A DNA stretch of 64,000 nt, from the NCBI GenBank assembly GCA_035512895.1, contig DATKDB010000104.1, positions 1,818 through 65,817 on the forward strand, written 5' to 3'. Below, in pieces: positions 46,943 through 58,538 of this stretch; within the stretch, counting starts at the first letter, position 1; every line of letters starts with the position of its first letter. The notes beneath the pieces are model-generated. The model did not search any database and was not told where the DNA came from. It saw only the letters and a list, made by a program, of their open reading frames with translations. A program made the position numbers and the translations under genes. The DNA comes from Candidatus Binatia bacterium (GTDB lineage: Bacteria; Chloroflexota; Limnocylindria; QHBO01).

Positions 46943-47449
46943 ATGACCACACCACAGCCAGCGCAAGCGGGCCACGATACGCGGCCGCTGCTGTTCATCG
47001 GCGCCGGCGTCCTCGCGCTCGTCATCATCAGCGTGGCGGTGGTGCTGCTGTTGGGACGAGGCGCCGCAACCGAGTTTCCCGCCGACTCGCCGGAGGGCGC
47101 CTTCCAGCGCTACCTGGCCGCCTACGAGGACGGCGACTACGAGACGGCGTACGGCTACTTCTCCGAGGGCGTCCAGGGGCAGATGTCGCTGGAGGACTAC
47201 CGCCAGGGCGCGCAGATGCACGGCGGAGGCATGGGCTTCGGCCGTACGTCGCAGCGCGTCCTGTTCCAGGACACCGAGGGCGATGACGATCGCGTGCGGC
47301 TCAACCTCGTGGTCGAGTACTTCTACGGCGAGGGGATGCAGGGCGGCTCGGACAGGTACCCCCTCCAGGTGAGCATGATCCGCGAGGATGGGGAGTGGCG
47401 GATCGACGACCCGCTGGTCGGGTTCGAGCGTTACCACGGCCCCTTCTAG
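46943..47449 (+). CDS. membrane-anchored hypothetical protein
   Basis: MTTPQPAQAGHDTRPLLFIGAGVLALVIISVAVVLLLG. Confidence 0.55.
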   Translation: MTTPQPAQAGHDTRPLLFIGAGVLALVIISVAVVLLLGRGAATEFPADSPEGAFQRYLAAYEDGDYETAYGYFSEGVQGQMSLEDYRQGAQMHGGGMGFGRTSQRVLFQDTEGDDDRVRLNLVVEYFYGEGMQGGSDRYPLQVSMIREDGEWRIDDPLVGFERYHGPF

Positions 47450-47475
47450 CCCGCGACCGAGAAGAGGAGTAACCG

Positions 47476-49173
47476 ATGCAGACCGCCCGCCGCCTCTACG
47501 TCTACCTGCTGTCGGGAATAGCGCTCGGCACGCTGGTCGTGGGGCTGAGCATGCTGCTCACCGTCCTCCTCGACACGCTCGGCCTGCGGGGCACGGAAGG
47601 CGTGATGTTCGGCGGCCCGGACGCCACGGGCCAGCAGCTCACCCTGGCCTCGGCCCTTACCGTCGTGTCGCTGCCGTTGTGGCTGGCACACTGGATCGCC
47701 GCCGAGCGGTCGGTGGCTCCGGGCCGCGCGGGGGCCGATCTCGAGCGCAGCTCCGACGTGCGCGGCCTGTACTTCGCGGTCGCCATGGGCGCCCTCCTGC
47801 TCGTCGCGGCCTTTGCGGCGCGCGCGCTCATCGAGTGGCTCGTCTTCGCCGTCGTGGGCGACGCGAACAACTTCATGGCCTCGAACCCCGCCGGCGACCT
47901 GGCGCTCCTGCTCGTGGCCGGCGCAGCGTGGGGCTACCACGTCGCCCTCCGCACCCGCGACTGGCGTCACGGCCAGATCCGCGACGCGGGCGCATTCCTG
48001 CCGCGAACCTACCTCTATCTGGCCACGTTCATCGGACTGATGGCGATGCTGTTCGGCATCGTCGGCCTCGTCGAGCTCACCGGGCGCGTGCTCCTCGACG
48101 AGCCGGGAGTCGAGTTTGGCGGCCAGGGCAACTGGTGGGCGTATCCACTTGCCTCATCGATCGCCGGCGTCGTTGTCGGCGGTACCGTCTGGGTCGGGCA
48201 CTGGGCCTTCGCCGGGAGGCTACTGGCGGACACCGGCTGGCGGGGGGCGAGCGAGCGCACCTCGCGCGTTCGGCTCGCGTACTACGTGGCGGTCATCGTC
48301 GTGACCGCCGCCGTCGCGGTGGGCCAGCTGGCGGCCAGCGCGGCCGCCGCCCTTCGCGCCGCGTTCGGCATCTCGGAGGCACTCGAGGCCGGCCAGGTGG
48401 CGGGGCTGATCGTCCTGCCGCTCATCGGCGCGGTCATCTTCGGCCTCGCCTGCGAGCTGCATCGACGGTGGCTCGCCGGAGAGTCCGAGACGACCGGCGT
48501 CGCCGGCCGGGTCCACACCTCGGGGCGGCTGGAGGAGTACGGCACGGCGCTCGTCGGGCTCGCGTTCGCCGGGACCGGGGTCGCGATGCTGATCGGCGTG
48601 ACGATCAGCACGGTCCTGACCGCGGGGCGAACGCTCGGAGGGACGGACTCCCTGCTCCACGAGCTCTCGAACAGCATCCCCATGGCCATCTTCGGCGCCG
48701 CGCTCTGGATCTGGAGCTGGCGGCGTGCGTCCGCCCGATTCGCGTCCGCGCCCGCCGAGGAGGCCGGCGCAACGAGCCGTCGCGCTGCCCTGCTCATCGT
48801 GGTGGCGGTCAGCCTGCTCACCGGCGTCGGCAGCCTCGGCTTCATCCTGTACCGCGTCTTCGGGGCGGCCTTCGGGGTGGCGCTCGGCGGGGACGTCGCC
48901 GCAGAGTTGAGCCAGCCCAGCGGCGCGCTGATCGTCGCGCTCGTGGCGGGCCTGTACCACGCCACGCTCCTGCGTCGCGATCAGGCGCTCCGCGCGCGGG
49001 CCGAGCCCGAGGCAGTGCCCGCGACCGGCCCGGAGGCCGCTGCCCCGCCGTCATCGGTCGTGCTGAGGCTCATCGGTCCTTCGGGAGCCGATCTGTCGGC
49101 GGCGACCGCATCCATGCGGGACTCCCTGCCACCCGACTACTCGCTGGAGCCGGTGCCGTCCGAACCTGGCTGA
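47476..49173 (+). CDS. polytopic integral membrane protein (more than 12 TM), unknown function
   Basis: GAGGAG SD. 565 aa of alternating hydrophobic helices. Confidence 0.7.
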   Translation: MQTARRLYVYLLSGIALGTLVVGLSMLLTVLLDTLGLRGTEGVMFGGPDATGQQLTLASALTVVSLPLWLAHWIAAERSVAPGRAGADLERSSDVRGLYFAVAMGALLLVAAFAARALIEWLVFAVVGDANNFMASNPAGDLALLLVAGAAWGYHVALRTRDWRHGQIRDAGAFLPRTYLYLATFIGLMAMLFGIVGLVELTGRVLLDEPGVEFGGQGNWWAYPLASSIAGVVVGGTVWVGHWAFAGRLLADTGWRGASERTSRVRLAYYVAVIVVTAAVAVGQLAASAAAALRAAFGISEALEAGQVAGLIVLPLIGAVIFGLACELHRRWLAGESETTGVAGRVHTSGRLEEYGTALVGLAFAGTGVAMLIGVTISTVLTAGRTLGGTDSLLHELSNSIPMAIFGAALWIWSWRRASARFASAPAEEAGATSRRAALLIVVAVSLLTGVGSLGFILYRVFGAAFGVALGGDVAAELSQPSGALIVALVAGLYHATLLRRDQALRARAEPEAVPATGPEAAAPPSSVVLRLIGPSGADLSAATASMRDSLPPDYSLEPVPSEPG

Positions 49174-49216
49174 GTCGAATTTCGTCGCGGACCGCGCAAC
49201 CGGCTACGCTACGAGC

Positions 49217-50206
49217 ATGACGAAGATCGGCTACGCCTGCATGCTCGAGCAGTTCCACCCCACCGACCTGCTGGATTGGGCCGAGCAGGCCGAGGGCGCC
49301 GGCTTCGATGCCGGCTTCCAGGTGAGCGAACACTTCCATCCATGGACCCCGCAGCAGGGTCAGAGCGCCTTCGCCTGGTCCTTCATGGGTGCGCTCGGCC
49401 AGCGGACGACGCTGCCCTTCGGCACCGCGGTGACGTGCCCTGGCTTCCGATACCACCCGGCGGTCATCGCTCACGCGGCGGCGACGCTCGGCGCCATGTA
49501 CCCGGGCCGCTTCTGGCTGGGGCTCGGCGCCGGCGAGGCGCTGAACGAGCACGTCATCGGCGGCGAGTGGCCGGAGGTCGGCGAGCGCAGCCGAATGATG
49601 TTCGAGAGCATCGAGATCATCAACAAGCTCTTCAGCGGCAAGGTCACCAAGCACGACGGCGAGTACTTCACCCTCGAGTCCGCGAAGCTCTACACGCGTC
49701 CCGAGCAGCCGGTCCCGATCTACGTCGCCACCGCCGGCCCGGTGAACGCGAAGCGAACCGGCAAGTTTGCCGATGGGATCATCACCGTCGGCGCGGCCGA
49801 CGAGAAGATCACGATGCTCTGGGAGAAGTTCCGCGAGGGGGCCGCCGAGGCCGGCAAGGACGCATCGACCATGCGCACGCAGCTCCAGATCCATGTGTCG
49901 TGGGCACCCACGCAGGCCGAGGCCGAGGCGAACGCCCTCGAGGAGTGGCCGAATGGCGGGATGCCGTTCCCGAAGCAGGACATCAAGAACCCCGAGGACT
50001 TCGAGCAGATGGCGAAGCTCGTCGGGATCGAGAACTTCGCGAACCGCATGCTCATCAGCGCCGATCTCGAGAAGCACACGGCGCAGATCCAGAAGTTCGT
50101 CGACATGGGCTTCGACGAGGTCTACCTGCACAACGTGGGACGCGATCAGGCAGGCTTCATCACGACCTTCGGCGACAAGGTGCTGCCGAACCTGAAGCTG
50201 GGATAG
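49217..50206 (+). CDS. LLM-class F420-dependent oxidoreductase, glucose-6-phosphate dehydrogenase (Fgd) family
   Basis: KIGYACMLEQFHP...VSEHFHPW...GLGAGEALNE closely follows the Fgd1 N-terminal pattern. Confidence 0.85.
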   Translation: MTKIGYACMLEQFHPTDLLDWAEQAEGAGFDAGFQVSEHFHPWTPQQGQSAFAWSFMGALGQRTTLPFGTAVTCPGFRYHPAVIAHAAATLGAMYPGRFWLGLGAGEALNEHVIGGEWPEVGERSRMMFESIEIINKLFSGKVTKHDGEYFTLESAKLYTRPEQPVPIYVATAGPVNAKRTGKFADGIITVGAADEKITMLWEKFREGAAEAGKDASTMRTQLQIHVSWAPTQAEAEANALEEWPNGGMPFPKQDIKNPEDFEQMAKLVGIENFANRMLISADLEKHTAQIQKFVDMGFDEVYLHNVGRDQAGFITTFGDKVLPNLKLG

Positions 50207-50269
50207 GGTCGCGCCGTCGGCCGGCCACGTCCGGCCGCGCGTCCCCGCGCCTCACGGGTGAGCAGGCAC

Positions 50270-50826
50270 ATGGACATCTATCTCGAGACGAATCGCCTCG
50301 TCCTGCGACGCTTCACCGATGCCGATGTCGACGATCTCGTCGAGCTCGACTCGGATCCGCAGGTGATGTTCTTCATCACCGGCGGACGGCCGGAGTTCGA
50401 CCCGTCGATGCTCCGGCCTTGGCTCGGCGAGTACGAGCGCTGGCCGGGATACGGGGCTGGGCCGCCGTCGAGAAGTCGACCCGTGCGTTCATCGGCTGGT
50501 TCCACCTCCGACCGCGCTCCGCTCACGAGGACGAGCCCGAGCTCGGCTACCGGCTCCGCCGATCAGCCTGGGGCCGCGGCTACGCGACCGAGGGCTCACG
50601 CGCCCTCATCGAGAAGGCCTTCACCGACCTCGGCGCCGCCCGCGTCTTCGCGGAGACGATGGCCGTCAACACGGCCTCGCGGCGCGTCATGGAGAAGGCG
50701 GGCCTGAGCTACGTCCGCCTGTTCCACCAGGACTGGCCGGACCGGATCCCCGGCGACGAGCACGGTGACGTCGAGTACGCGCTCACGCGCGAGGAGTGGG
50801 AGGCCGAACGACGGGACTCGTCATAA
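50270..50826 (+). pseudogene. GNAT (RimJ/RimL-type) acetyltransferase with a +/-1 frameshift in a G-run near 50455
   Basis: N-terminal part MDIYLETNRLVLRRFTDADVDDL...WPGYG in one frame. The rest, WAAVEKSTRAFIGWFHLRP...GYRL..WGRGYATEG, in another. Confidence 0.6.
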
Positions 50827-50877
50827 GACAGATCTCGCGGGGGGCTGTACCGAGGGTACTGGCCGATCCGCCAGCCG

Positions 50878-52283
50878 ATGGGACCATCGCCGCATGGAGG
50901 ATCCGGCCGTACGCTGGCGCCGATGAACGAAGCGATCGACGCCGGTGCCGATGAGGTCGCGGCCGCCCTCGGCGTGGACGACCTCATGGTCTTCGAGCTG
51001 CGCGACGGCCGGGCCCGCCTGCTCGGCGGGGTCGGCCGCGGCAGCGGCTGGGCCGGCGTCGTCGACCTCGACCCGGCCGACGAGCCGCTCCTGCGTGAGG
51101 CGATCGAGCATTGCCGCGTCATCCGGGTGAGTGGCAACGAGGCCGTTCGCGTCATCGGGCCGTACTGGAGCACGCACGCCGTCCTGGCTCCGACCGGCGA
51201 TCACATCATGGTCGCCGGAAGGGACACCCCCATCCGCGCCTCGAGCGCCGAGCTCGTCCGGCGCGCAACCGAGGCCGTAGCCGCGATGGGCGACATCCCG
51301 CCCTCGAAGCTCCTCGCCGATGAGCTCGAGCTCGTGCAGGCCGTTCGCCAGCTCACCGATCACGTGCCACGGACGGTCGCGGACACCGCGACACACGTCG
51401 CGGCGGTCGCCGCCGACGCCCTCGCCTGCGAGATCGGCGCGGTGCTCCTGCGCATCGCCGGAGAGACCCAGATCCATGGGGCCGGATCCGCCTGGCCGGC
51501 GCTCGTCGACGACGACGTCCTGACGAGCGCGCTCCACGAGCTCGTCACGCGCGCCGCAAATGGACCGATCGTCGACCATGACCTCGTCGCGGTCGGCGAG
51601 AGCGGCCTGCGCATCGTTTCCTGCTACGCGCTCGCGATCGGCCGGCCGGAGGCGCTCGGCGCGCTCATCGTCGGCCACACCGACGAGCGCCCGCGGGGAT
51701 TCACGATGCTCTGCCAGCGCGTCGGCCGTGCCCTGGCCGACGCCTCCGAGCCGGCGCTGCGGCAGGCGATCGCGCACGAGGAGCTCGCCGCGCAGCGCGA
51801 TCGGTTCGCGCTCGAGGCGCGCACCGACCCGCTCACCGGGCTCGCCAACCGGCTCAGCTGGGATGACACGCTCTCGATCGAGCAGGCCCGCTTCGACCGC
51901 CACCCGCGGCCGCTCGTCCTGCTCTCGTTCGACATCGACGACCTGAAGGCGACGAACGACGACCACGGGCATGCCGCCGGCGACGAGATGCTCATCGCTG
52001 CGGCCGACATCCTGCGCAAGTCGTTGCGCGGCGGCGACATCATCGTGCGCATGAGCGGCGACGAGTTCGCGGCCCTCCTGCCCGACGGGGATGCGCGGGC
52101 CGCCGCCGTCGTCCGGCGTCGCGTGGACGCGGCGTGCGCGGCGTGGCGCGGCTCTCAGCCGGACGTCCGCCTCTCGATCTCGACGGGCTGGGCCGTCCCG
52201 CAGCCGGGTGAAGAGCTGCGCGAGGCATTCAGGCGCGCCGATGCCTCGATGTACGAGGACAAGCGCGCCGTCCCCGTCCTGCC

Positions 52284-52287
<4 letters not shown>
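50878..52287 (+). CDS. GGDEF-domain diguanylate cyclase (SGDEF variant) with N-terminal GAF-like region
   Basis: [39 protein letters not shown]. The start may be the Met at 50923. Confidence 0.8.
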
Positions 52288-53489
<1,202 letters not shown>

Positions 53490-53546
53490 CGGGCTCGATG
53501 CTACCCCGAGTCGCAGCACCGGGCGCGGGCAGATCGCTGACGGCGC

Positions 53547-54104
53547 TCAGAAGCTGGGCGGCGTGATCACGAACAGGATGCGGGCGGTGTCCGGTCCCGG
53601 GTTCTCGTTTCGGTGTGGCAGACGGCTCGAGTACCGGATGGCGTCACCGGTCTGCAACCGATGCTGCTCCGTCCCGACCCACAGGTCGAGCGTGCCCTCG
53701 AGCACGATGAGGCACTCCTCGTCCGACTCATGGCTGTACGACTCCGGCCCGGTGCCACCGCCGGGCTCCACGACCGACATGATGACCTGCAGCCGGCCGC
53801 CGCTGCCATCGGTCAGGAACTCGTCCCGCGCACGCAGCCCGGGATAGTTCACGACCCGCCGGTCCGCGGCACGCACGAGCTGCCCGGCCGGGCCGGCCTC
53901 GTCGAGCAAGACGCCGATCGAGGTGCCGAGCGCCACGGCGATGCGACGCAGCGTGGCGATCGATGGGCTCGCGATGTCGCGTTCCACCTGCGAGAGAAAG
54001 CTCTCGGTCACCCCGGCCGCCTCGGCGACCTGACGGAGCGTCTTGCCGCGGCGACGGCGAACGACCCGCAGGCTTGCCCCGATCATCGACTCCTCGTCGG
54101 CCAT
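53547..54104 (-). CDS. XRE-family HTH plus cupin transcriptional regulator (PuuR-like)
   Basis: LRQVAEAAGVTESFLSQVERD plus a C-terminal cupin. Confidence 0.8.
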   Translation of the reverse strand: MADEESMIGASLRVVRRRRGKTLRQVAEAAGVTESFLSQVERDIASPSIATLRRIAVALGTSIGVLLDEAGPAGQLVRAADRRVVNYPGLRARDEFLTDGSGGRLQVIMSVVEPGGGTGPESYSHESDEECLIVLEGTLDLWVGTEQHRLQTGDAIRYSSRLPHRNENPGPDTARILFVITPPSF

Positions 54105-54123
54105 GGGTACAGTCTAAAGCACG

Positions 54124-54145
54124 ACTTCAGATCGGCGCCTTGACG
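54124..54145. promoter_or_regulatory. Shared promoter motif ACTTCAGATC...CTTGACG (-35) upstream of the FAD oxidase gene
   Basis: The same motif pair recurs at 55666-55682 upstream of the ABC-transporter SBP gene. Downstream lie TAGGAT (-10) and a second shared motif, CCGCTTCAGG (54185-54194). Confidence 0.4.
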
Positions 54146-54200
54146 GACGCTCCGACTCGACCATAGGATCGCGGGACTGTAGTACCGCTTCAGGACCCCG

Positions 54201-55637
54201 ATGACCCATGCTGGCGACGCTCCCACGCTCCCGGTTCCGGGGCTGCGCCGGAGCTGGTGGCTGCGCGAGGCCCTCGCCGAGGAGGGGGACCCGGCGCCGC
54301 TCCCCGCCCTGACGGGCGGGGTCGAGTGCGACGTGGCGATCGTGGGCGGCGGCTACACGGGCCTGTGGACCGCCTACGAGCTGGTCGAGCGGGCGCCCGG
54401 CGCCCGCATCGTGCTCCTCGAGCAGGACATCTGCGGGGGCGGCCCGAGCGGCCGGAACGGTGGCTTCGTCCACGGCTGGTGGGATCAGCTGCCGCTCCTC
54501 ACGGACCTGCACGGCGACGAGCGCGCGCTCGAGGCGGTCCGTGCCTCCGACGCTGCCGTGGATCAGATCGGCGAGTTCTGTGAGCGGCACTCGGTGGATG
54601 CCTGGTTCGTGCGCGGCGGGTACCTGCAGGCCAGCGCCTCGCCCGCGCAGGACGGCGACTGGGATCGCGCCGTGGCAGCGTGCCGCCGACTTGGCGTCGG
54701 AGAGAGCTATCGGCCACTGAGCCCGGACGAGGTCCAGGCGCGCTGCGCGTCTCCGCGCTTCCGAGCGGGCGTCTACATGCCGAACGCGGCGACGGTCCAG
54801 CCCGCTCTCCTGGCGCGCGGGCTGCGGCGCGTCCTGCTCGAGCGCGGTGTCACGATCCACGAGGGAACGCGCGTGACCCGCCTGCGGCCCGGCGCGCCGG
54901 TCGTGCTCGAGACAGAGGCCGGATCAGTGCGGGCGCCGCAGGTCGTGCTCGCGATGAACGCCTGGGCCGCGGGCTGGCCCGGCTTCCGGACGCGCCTCCT
55001 GAGCTGGGCCAGCTACATCGTCCTCACCGAGCGGATCCCCGACCGCCTGCGCGAGATCGGCTGGACCGGCGGGGAGGCGGTGACCGACTCCCGCTTCACG
55101 CTCCACTACTTCAGGACGACGCGCGACGGGCGCATCGCATGGGGCGCCGGCGTCGGCGAGGCCGGGTATGGCGGGCGCATCGACCGCCGCTTCACGGGCG
55201 ACCATCGGGCGGTGGCGCGCGCGGCGGCCGGGATGCGGCACCTGTTCCCGATGCTCGCCGACGTGCGGCTCGACGACGCCTGGGGCGGGCCGATCGACAT
55301 CTCGTCCGACCGGCTGCCGGCGATCGGCTCGCAGCATGGCGGTCGCGTCCACTTCGCCCATGGCTACTCGGGCAACGGGGTCGGCCCGTCACGACTGGCC
55401 GGACGGATTCTCGCGGCGCTCGTCGACGGTGGCGACGACCCGATCAGCCGCCTCGCCATCGTCGGCGCGCGCGCCCGGCCCTTCCCTCCGGAGCCGTTCC
55501 GCTACGTGGGCGCGCGGCTCATCCGCGAGGCGCTCGTGCGCACAGACGAGGCCCAGGACCACGGGCGCCGACCGGGTCCGCTCGTGAGCCTCGTCACACG
55601 GATCCCGCGCTGGCTCGGCTACCGCTTCGGCCATTGA
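54201..55637 (+). CDS. FAD-dependent oxidoreductase (DAO family; gamma-glutamylputrescine oxidase-like)
   Basis: CDVAIVGGGYTGLWTAYEL dinucleotide fold. Confidence 0.8.
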   Translation: MTHAGDAPTLPVPGLRRSWWLREALAEEGDPAPLPALTGGVECDVAIVGGGYTGLWTAYELVERAPGARIVLLEQDICGGGPSGRNGGFVHGWWDQLPLLTDLHGDERALEAVRASDAAVDQIGEFCERHSVDAWFVRGGYLQASASPAQDGDWDRAVAACRRLGVGESYRPLSPDEVQARCASPRFRAGVYMPNAATVQPALLARGLRRVLLERGVTIHEGTRVTRLRPGAPVVLETEAGSVRAPQVVLAMNAWAAGWPGFRTRLLSWASYIVLTERIPDRLREIGWTGGEAVTDSRFTLHYFRTTRDGRIAWGAGVGEAGYGGRIDRRFTGDHRAVARAAAGMRHLFPMLADVRLDDAWGGPIDISSDRLPAIGSQHGGRVHFAHGYSGNGVGPSRLAGRILAALVDGGDDPISRLAIVGARARPFPPEPFRYVGARLIREALVRTDEAQDHGRRPGPLVSLVTRIPRWLGYRFGH

Positions 55638-55665
55638 CCGCACGCCCGTAGGTTTTTGAAGTGGC

Positions 55666-55682
55666 ACTTCAGATCCTTGACG
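55666..55682. promoter_or_regulatory. Second copy of ACTTCAGATC-CTTGACG motif with 17-nt spacer to TACGAT (-10)
   Basis: Also the palindrome TGAAGTG-G-CACTTCA at 55658-55672, and CCGCTTCAGG at 55719-55728. Confidence 0.4.
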
Positions 55683-55771
55683 CGATTCCGCACGGGGATT
55701 ACGATCCGATCTTGAGCACCGCTTCAGGTGCGAGGCGCCCGGGCCGGGCGCGACAGGAGGGCGACCGAGCC

Positions 55772-56854
55772 ATGCGCACCCCCCATCCCCGACGGGTCCC
55801 ATCACTGCTCATCGCGATCGGCCTGGCGCTCACGGCGTGCGCCACCGATCAGGCGGGGCCATCCCAATCGGCCGCGCCCGAGCCGGACGAGCTCCTCGTC
55901 CTCGAATGGGGCGGGTACGAGGCGGAGGACTTCTGGACCGACTTCAGGACCGCCAACCCTGACACCGAGGTGACGTTCGAGTTCGGCGACACGGACGCGA
56001 ACATCCTGGCCCTGATGCAGGGCGGCAGCCAGGCCGACATCGTCCACTTCTACACCGGCTGGCAGCAGTTCTACGTCGATGAGGGTCTCGTGCGCGAGAT
56101 CGATACGAGCAGGCTCAGCAACTGGGACAAGGTGCCTCCGGACTACCAGGCGCTGGGACAGATCGACGGCAAGCAGTACTTCGTGCCATGGGACTGGGGC
56201 TTCACCTCGATCCTCTACAACACCGACGAGGTGGACGAGGTCACGAGCTGGGATGCCCTGTTCGATGAGGCGTACGCGGGCCACGTCTCGATGTGGAACG
56301 ACGGCCCCGGCGCCGTCGCCGTATCGGCCTACATCAACGGCTGGGACGAGACGAACCTGACCGACGAGCAGCTGGCCCAGATCGAGGCCGACTGGATCGC
56401 CCAGAAGCCGCTCAACGCCTTCTACTGGTCGGGCGAGTACACGGACCTCTGCCCGGCGGTCCAGGACGGCACGGTCTGGGTCGCGTACGCCTGGCAGGGC
56501 TGTTACGCCACGGCCCTGGCGGCCGGAGACCCGGTCGCGTACGCCAACCCGGAGGAAGGTCGGAACTCCTGGGTCGGGCTGTACGGCATCAGCGCCGACA
56601 CCGACAGCTACGAGCTCGCACTCGAGTTCCTCGACCTGAAGCTGGCCGAGGCGAGCTGCGGCAACGCCGTCTCGCTCTTCTACTACGGCTGCGCGAACGG
56701 CGACGTCATGGCCGCGATCGACGATCCCATCCTCATCGAGGCCTTCGGCATCGATGATCCGAGCATCCTCGAGTCGACCAACTTCACGCCGCTCGTGACC
56801 GAGGAGCAGCGCGAGGCGTGGACCGGGATGTGGGAGCGGGTGCAGGCAAACTGA
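55772..56854 (+). CDS. ABC transporter substrate-binding lipoprotein (polyamine PotD/PotF-like)
   Basis: Lipobox LTAC. I trimmed the ORF to MRTPHPRRVPSLLIAIGLALTAC. Confidence 0.8.
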   Translation: MRTPHPRRVPSLLIAIGLALTACATDQAGPSQSAAPEPDELLVLEWGGYEAEDFWTDFRTANPDTEVTFEFGDTDANILALMQGGSQADIVHFYTGWQQFYVDEGLVREIDTSRLSNWDKVPPDYQALGQIDGKQYFVPWDWGFTSILYNTDEVDEVTSWDALFDEAYAGHVSMWNDGPGAVAVSAYINGWDETNLTDEQLAQIEADWIAQKPLNAFYWSGEYTDLCPAVQDGTVWVAYAWQGCYATALAAGDPVAYANPEEGRNSWVGLYGISADTDSYELALEFLDLKLAEASCGNAVSLFYYGCANGDVMAAIDDPILIEAFGIDDPSILESTNFTPLVTEEQREAWTGMWERVQAN

Positions 56855-56889
56855 CGACCGGACGGGGCTGAAGCGGGCAAGCTGCGCGC

Positions 56890-57750
56890 ATGCTCGGTCG
56901 TCGCGGCACGCTGAAGTTCCTGGTCGGGCCACCGTCCCTGTGGCTGGCCCTGTTCTTCCTCGTGCCGCTCGTCCTCATCGCTGCCTACAGCCTGCGCGCC
57001 GGTTCGGGGGCGATCGGTCCGTCGGAGCCGTGGGCGCCCTCGCTCGAGCACTTCAGGGAAGTGCTCGGCACGCCCGCATTCGTCCGCCTGCTCGGAGTCT
57101 CCGTCCTCATGGCGCTCGTCATCGCCACCGGGGCAACCCTGCTCGCGTATCCAGTGGCCTACTTTCTGGCGTTCCGGGCCGGCCGCCGCGCCCCGCTCTT
57201 CCTGACCCTGCTGCTCGTCCCGTTCGCCGTCAGCTACCTGCTGCGCGTCATGGCCTGGAAGCTCATGCTCGGCCCGGAGGGCGGGATCAACTCGCTGCTG
57301 AGCACGCTGGGCCTGACCGCCGAGCCGATCGGCCTCCTCCTCTACAGCCGGCCGGCCGTCATCATCACGCTGATCTACATCTGGATCCCGTTTGCCGCGC
57401 TGCCGATCTACGCCGCCATGCAGCGTATCGATCGCAGCCAGCTCGAAGCCGCCGCGGACCTCGGGGCCGGGCCGTGGAGCCGCTTCTGGCGCGTGACAGT
57501 CCCGCTCAGCCTGCCCGGCGCCCTGCTCACCTTCTTCATGGTCTTCATCCCAACCGTCGGTGAGTACGTCACCCCGGCGCTCGTCGGAGGCACCGACGGA
57601 ATCATGTACGGCAACATCATCGGCGGCTTCTTCACGCGGTCGGCGAACTGGCCGATGGGGTCGGCGATGGCGATGATCATGCTCGCCCTGACCTTGACCC
57701 TCGTCGTCGTCGGCGTGCGGGTCGTGAACTTCCGGCGGGTGACCGCGTGA
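56890..57750 (+). CDS. ABC transporter permease (PotB-like)
   Basis: EAAxDLGA permease signature, 6 TM. Confidence 0.85.
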   Translation: MLGRRGTLKFLVGPPSLWLALFFLVPLVLIAAYSLRAGSGAIGPSEPWAPSLEHFREVLGTPAFVRLLGVSVLMALVIATGATLLAYPVAYFLAFRAGRRAPLFLTLLLVPFAVSYLLRVMAWKLMLGPEGGINSLLSTLGLTAEPIGLLLYSRPAVIITLIYIWIPFAALPIYAAMQRIDRSQLEAAADLGAGPWSRFWRVTVPLSLPGALLTFFMVFIPTVGEYVTPALVGGTDGIMYGNIIGGFFTRSANWPMGSAMAMIMLALTLTLVVVGVRVVNFRRVTA

Positions 57751-58538
57751 GGGCCGTCGGCGTCGGGCGAACGCGCGTCCCGCTCGGTCCGTTCTTCGTC
57801 GGCATGCTCGTCCTGCTCTACCTGCCGATCGCCGTGCTCTTCGTCTTCTCGTTCAACGCCGGCACGACGCTCTCGTTCCCGCTCCGTGGCCTCACGTTCG
57901 ACTGGTACGCCGCGGTCCTCGGCGACGCGGCGCTCCTGAACGCGGCCCGCAACAGCCTTGTCGTCGGGGTTGCAGCGGCCACGATCGCGACGGTCATCGG
58001 CTGTCTCGTGGCCGTGGCCGTCCTGCGCTTCCGGTTCCGGGGACGCCGGCTGCTGCTCGCCCTGGCCGGGCTGCCCCTCGTCGTCCCCTTCGTCGTCATG
58101 GGCGTCGCGTTCTTCCTGCTCTTCGTCGCGATCGACCTGCCTCGCTCGCTGCTGACGGTCGCCGCCGGCCACTCGGTCATCGCCACGCCGTACGCGACGC
58201 TCATCCTCATTGCACGTCTCGGCGGGCTGGACCCTGCGCTCGAGGACGCCTCGATGGACCTCGGGGCGACGTACCCCGCTACGTTGCATCGAGTCGTCCT
58301 GCCGCTCATGGGACCGACGCTCGTATCGGCCTGGCTCACCTGTTTCATCGTGTCGTTCGACGAGATCGCGCTGGCGATCTTCCTCGTCGGTGGCGATCCG
58401 ACGTTCCCGGTCTTCCTGTATGGCCAGCTGCGCTTCGCGCAGCGGCTGCCGGTCCTCGTCGCGATGGCCGTGCTCCTCATGCTGGCGACCGTGGCGCTCG
58501 CGGTCGTCGCGCTTCGCCTGCGAGCCCGATCCGAATGA
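57747..58538 (+). CDS. ABC transporter permease (PotC-like)
   Basis: EDASMDLGA signature. 4-nt overlap with the previous gene. Confidence 0.85.
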   Translation: MRAVGVGRTRVPLGPFFVGMLVLLYLPIAVLFVFSFNAGTTLSFPLRGLTFDWYAAVLGDAALLNAARNSLVVGVAAATIATVIGCLVAVAVLRFRFRGRRLLLALAGLPLVVPFVVMGVAFFLLFVAIDLPRSLLTVAAGHSVIATPYATLILIARLGGLDPALEDASMDLGATYPATLHRVVLPLMGPTLVSAWLTCFIVSFDEIALAIFLVGGDPTFPVFLYGQLRFAQRLPVLVAMAVLLMLATVALAVVALRLRARSE

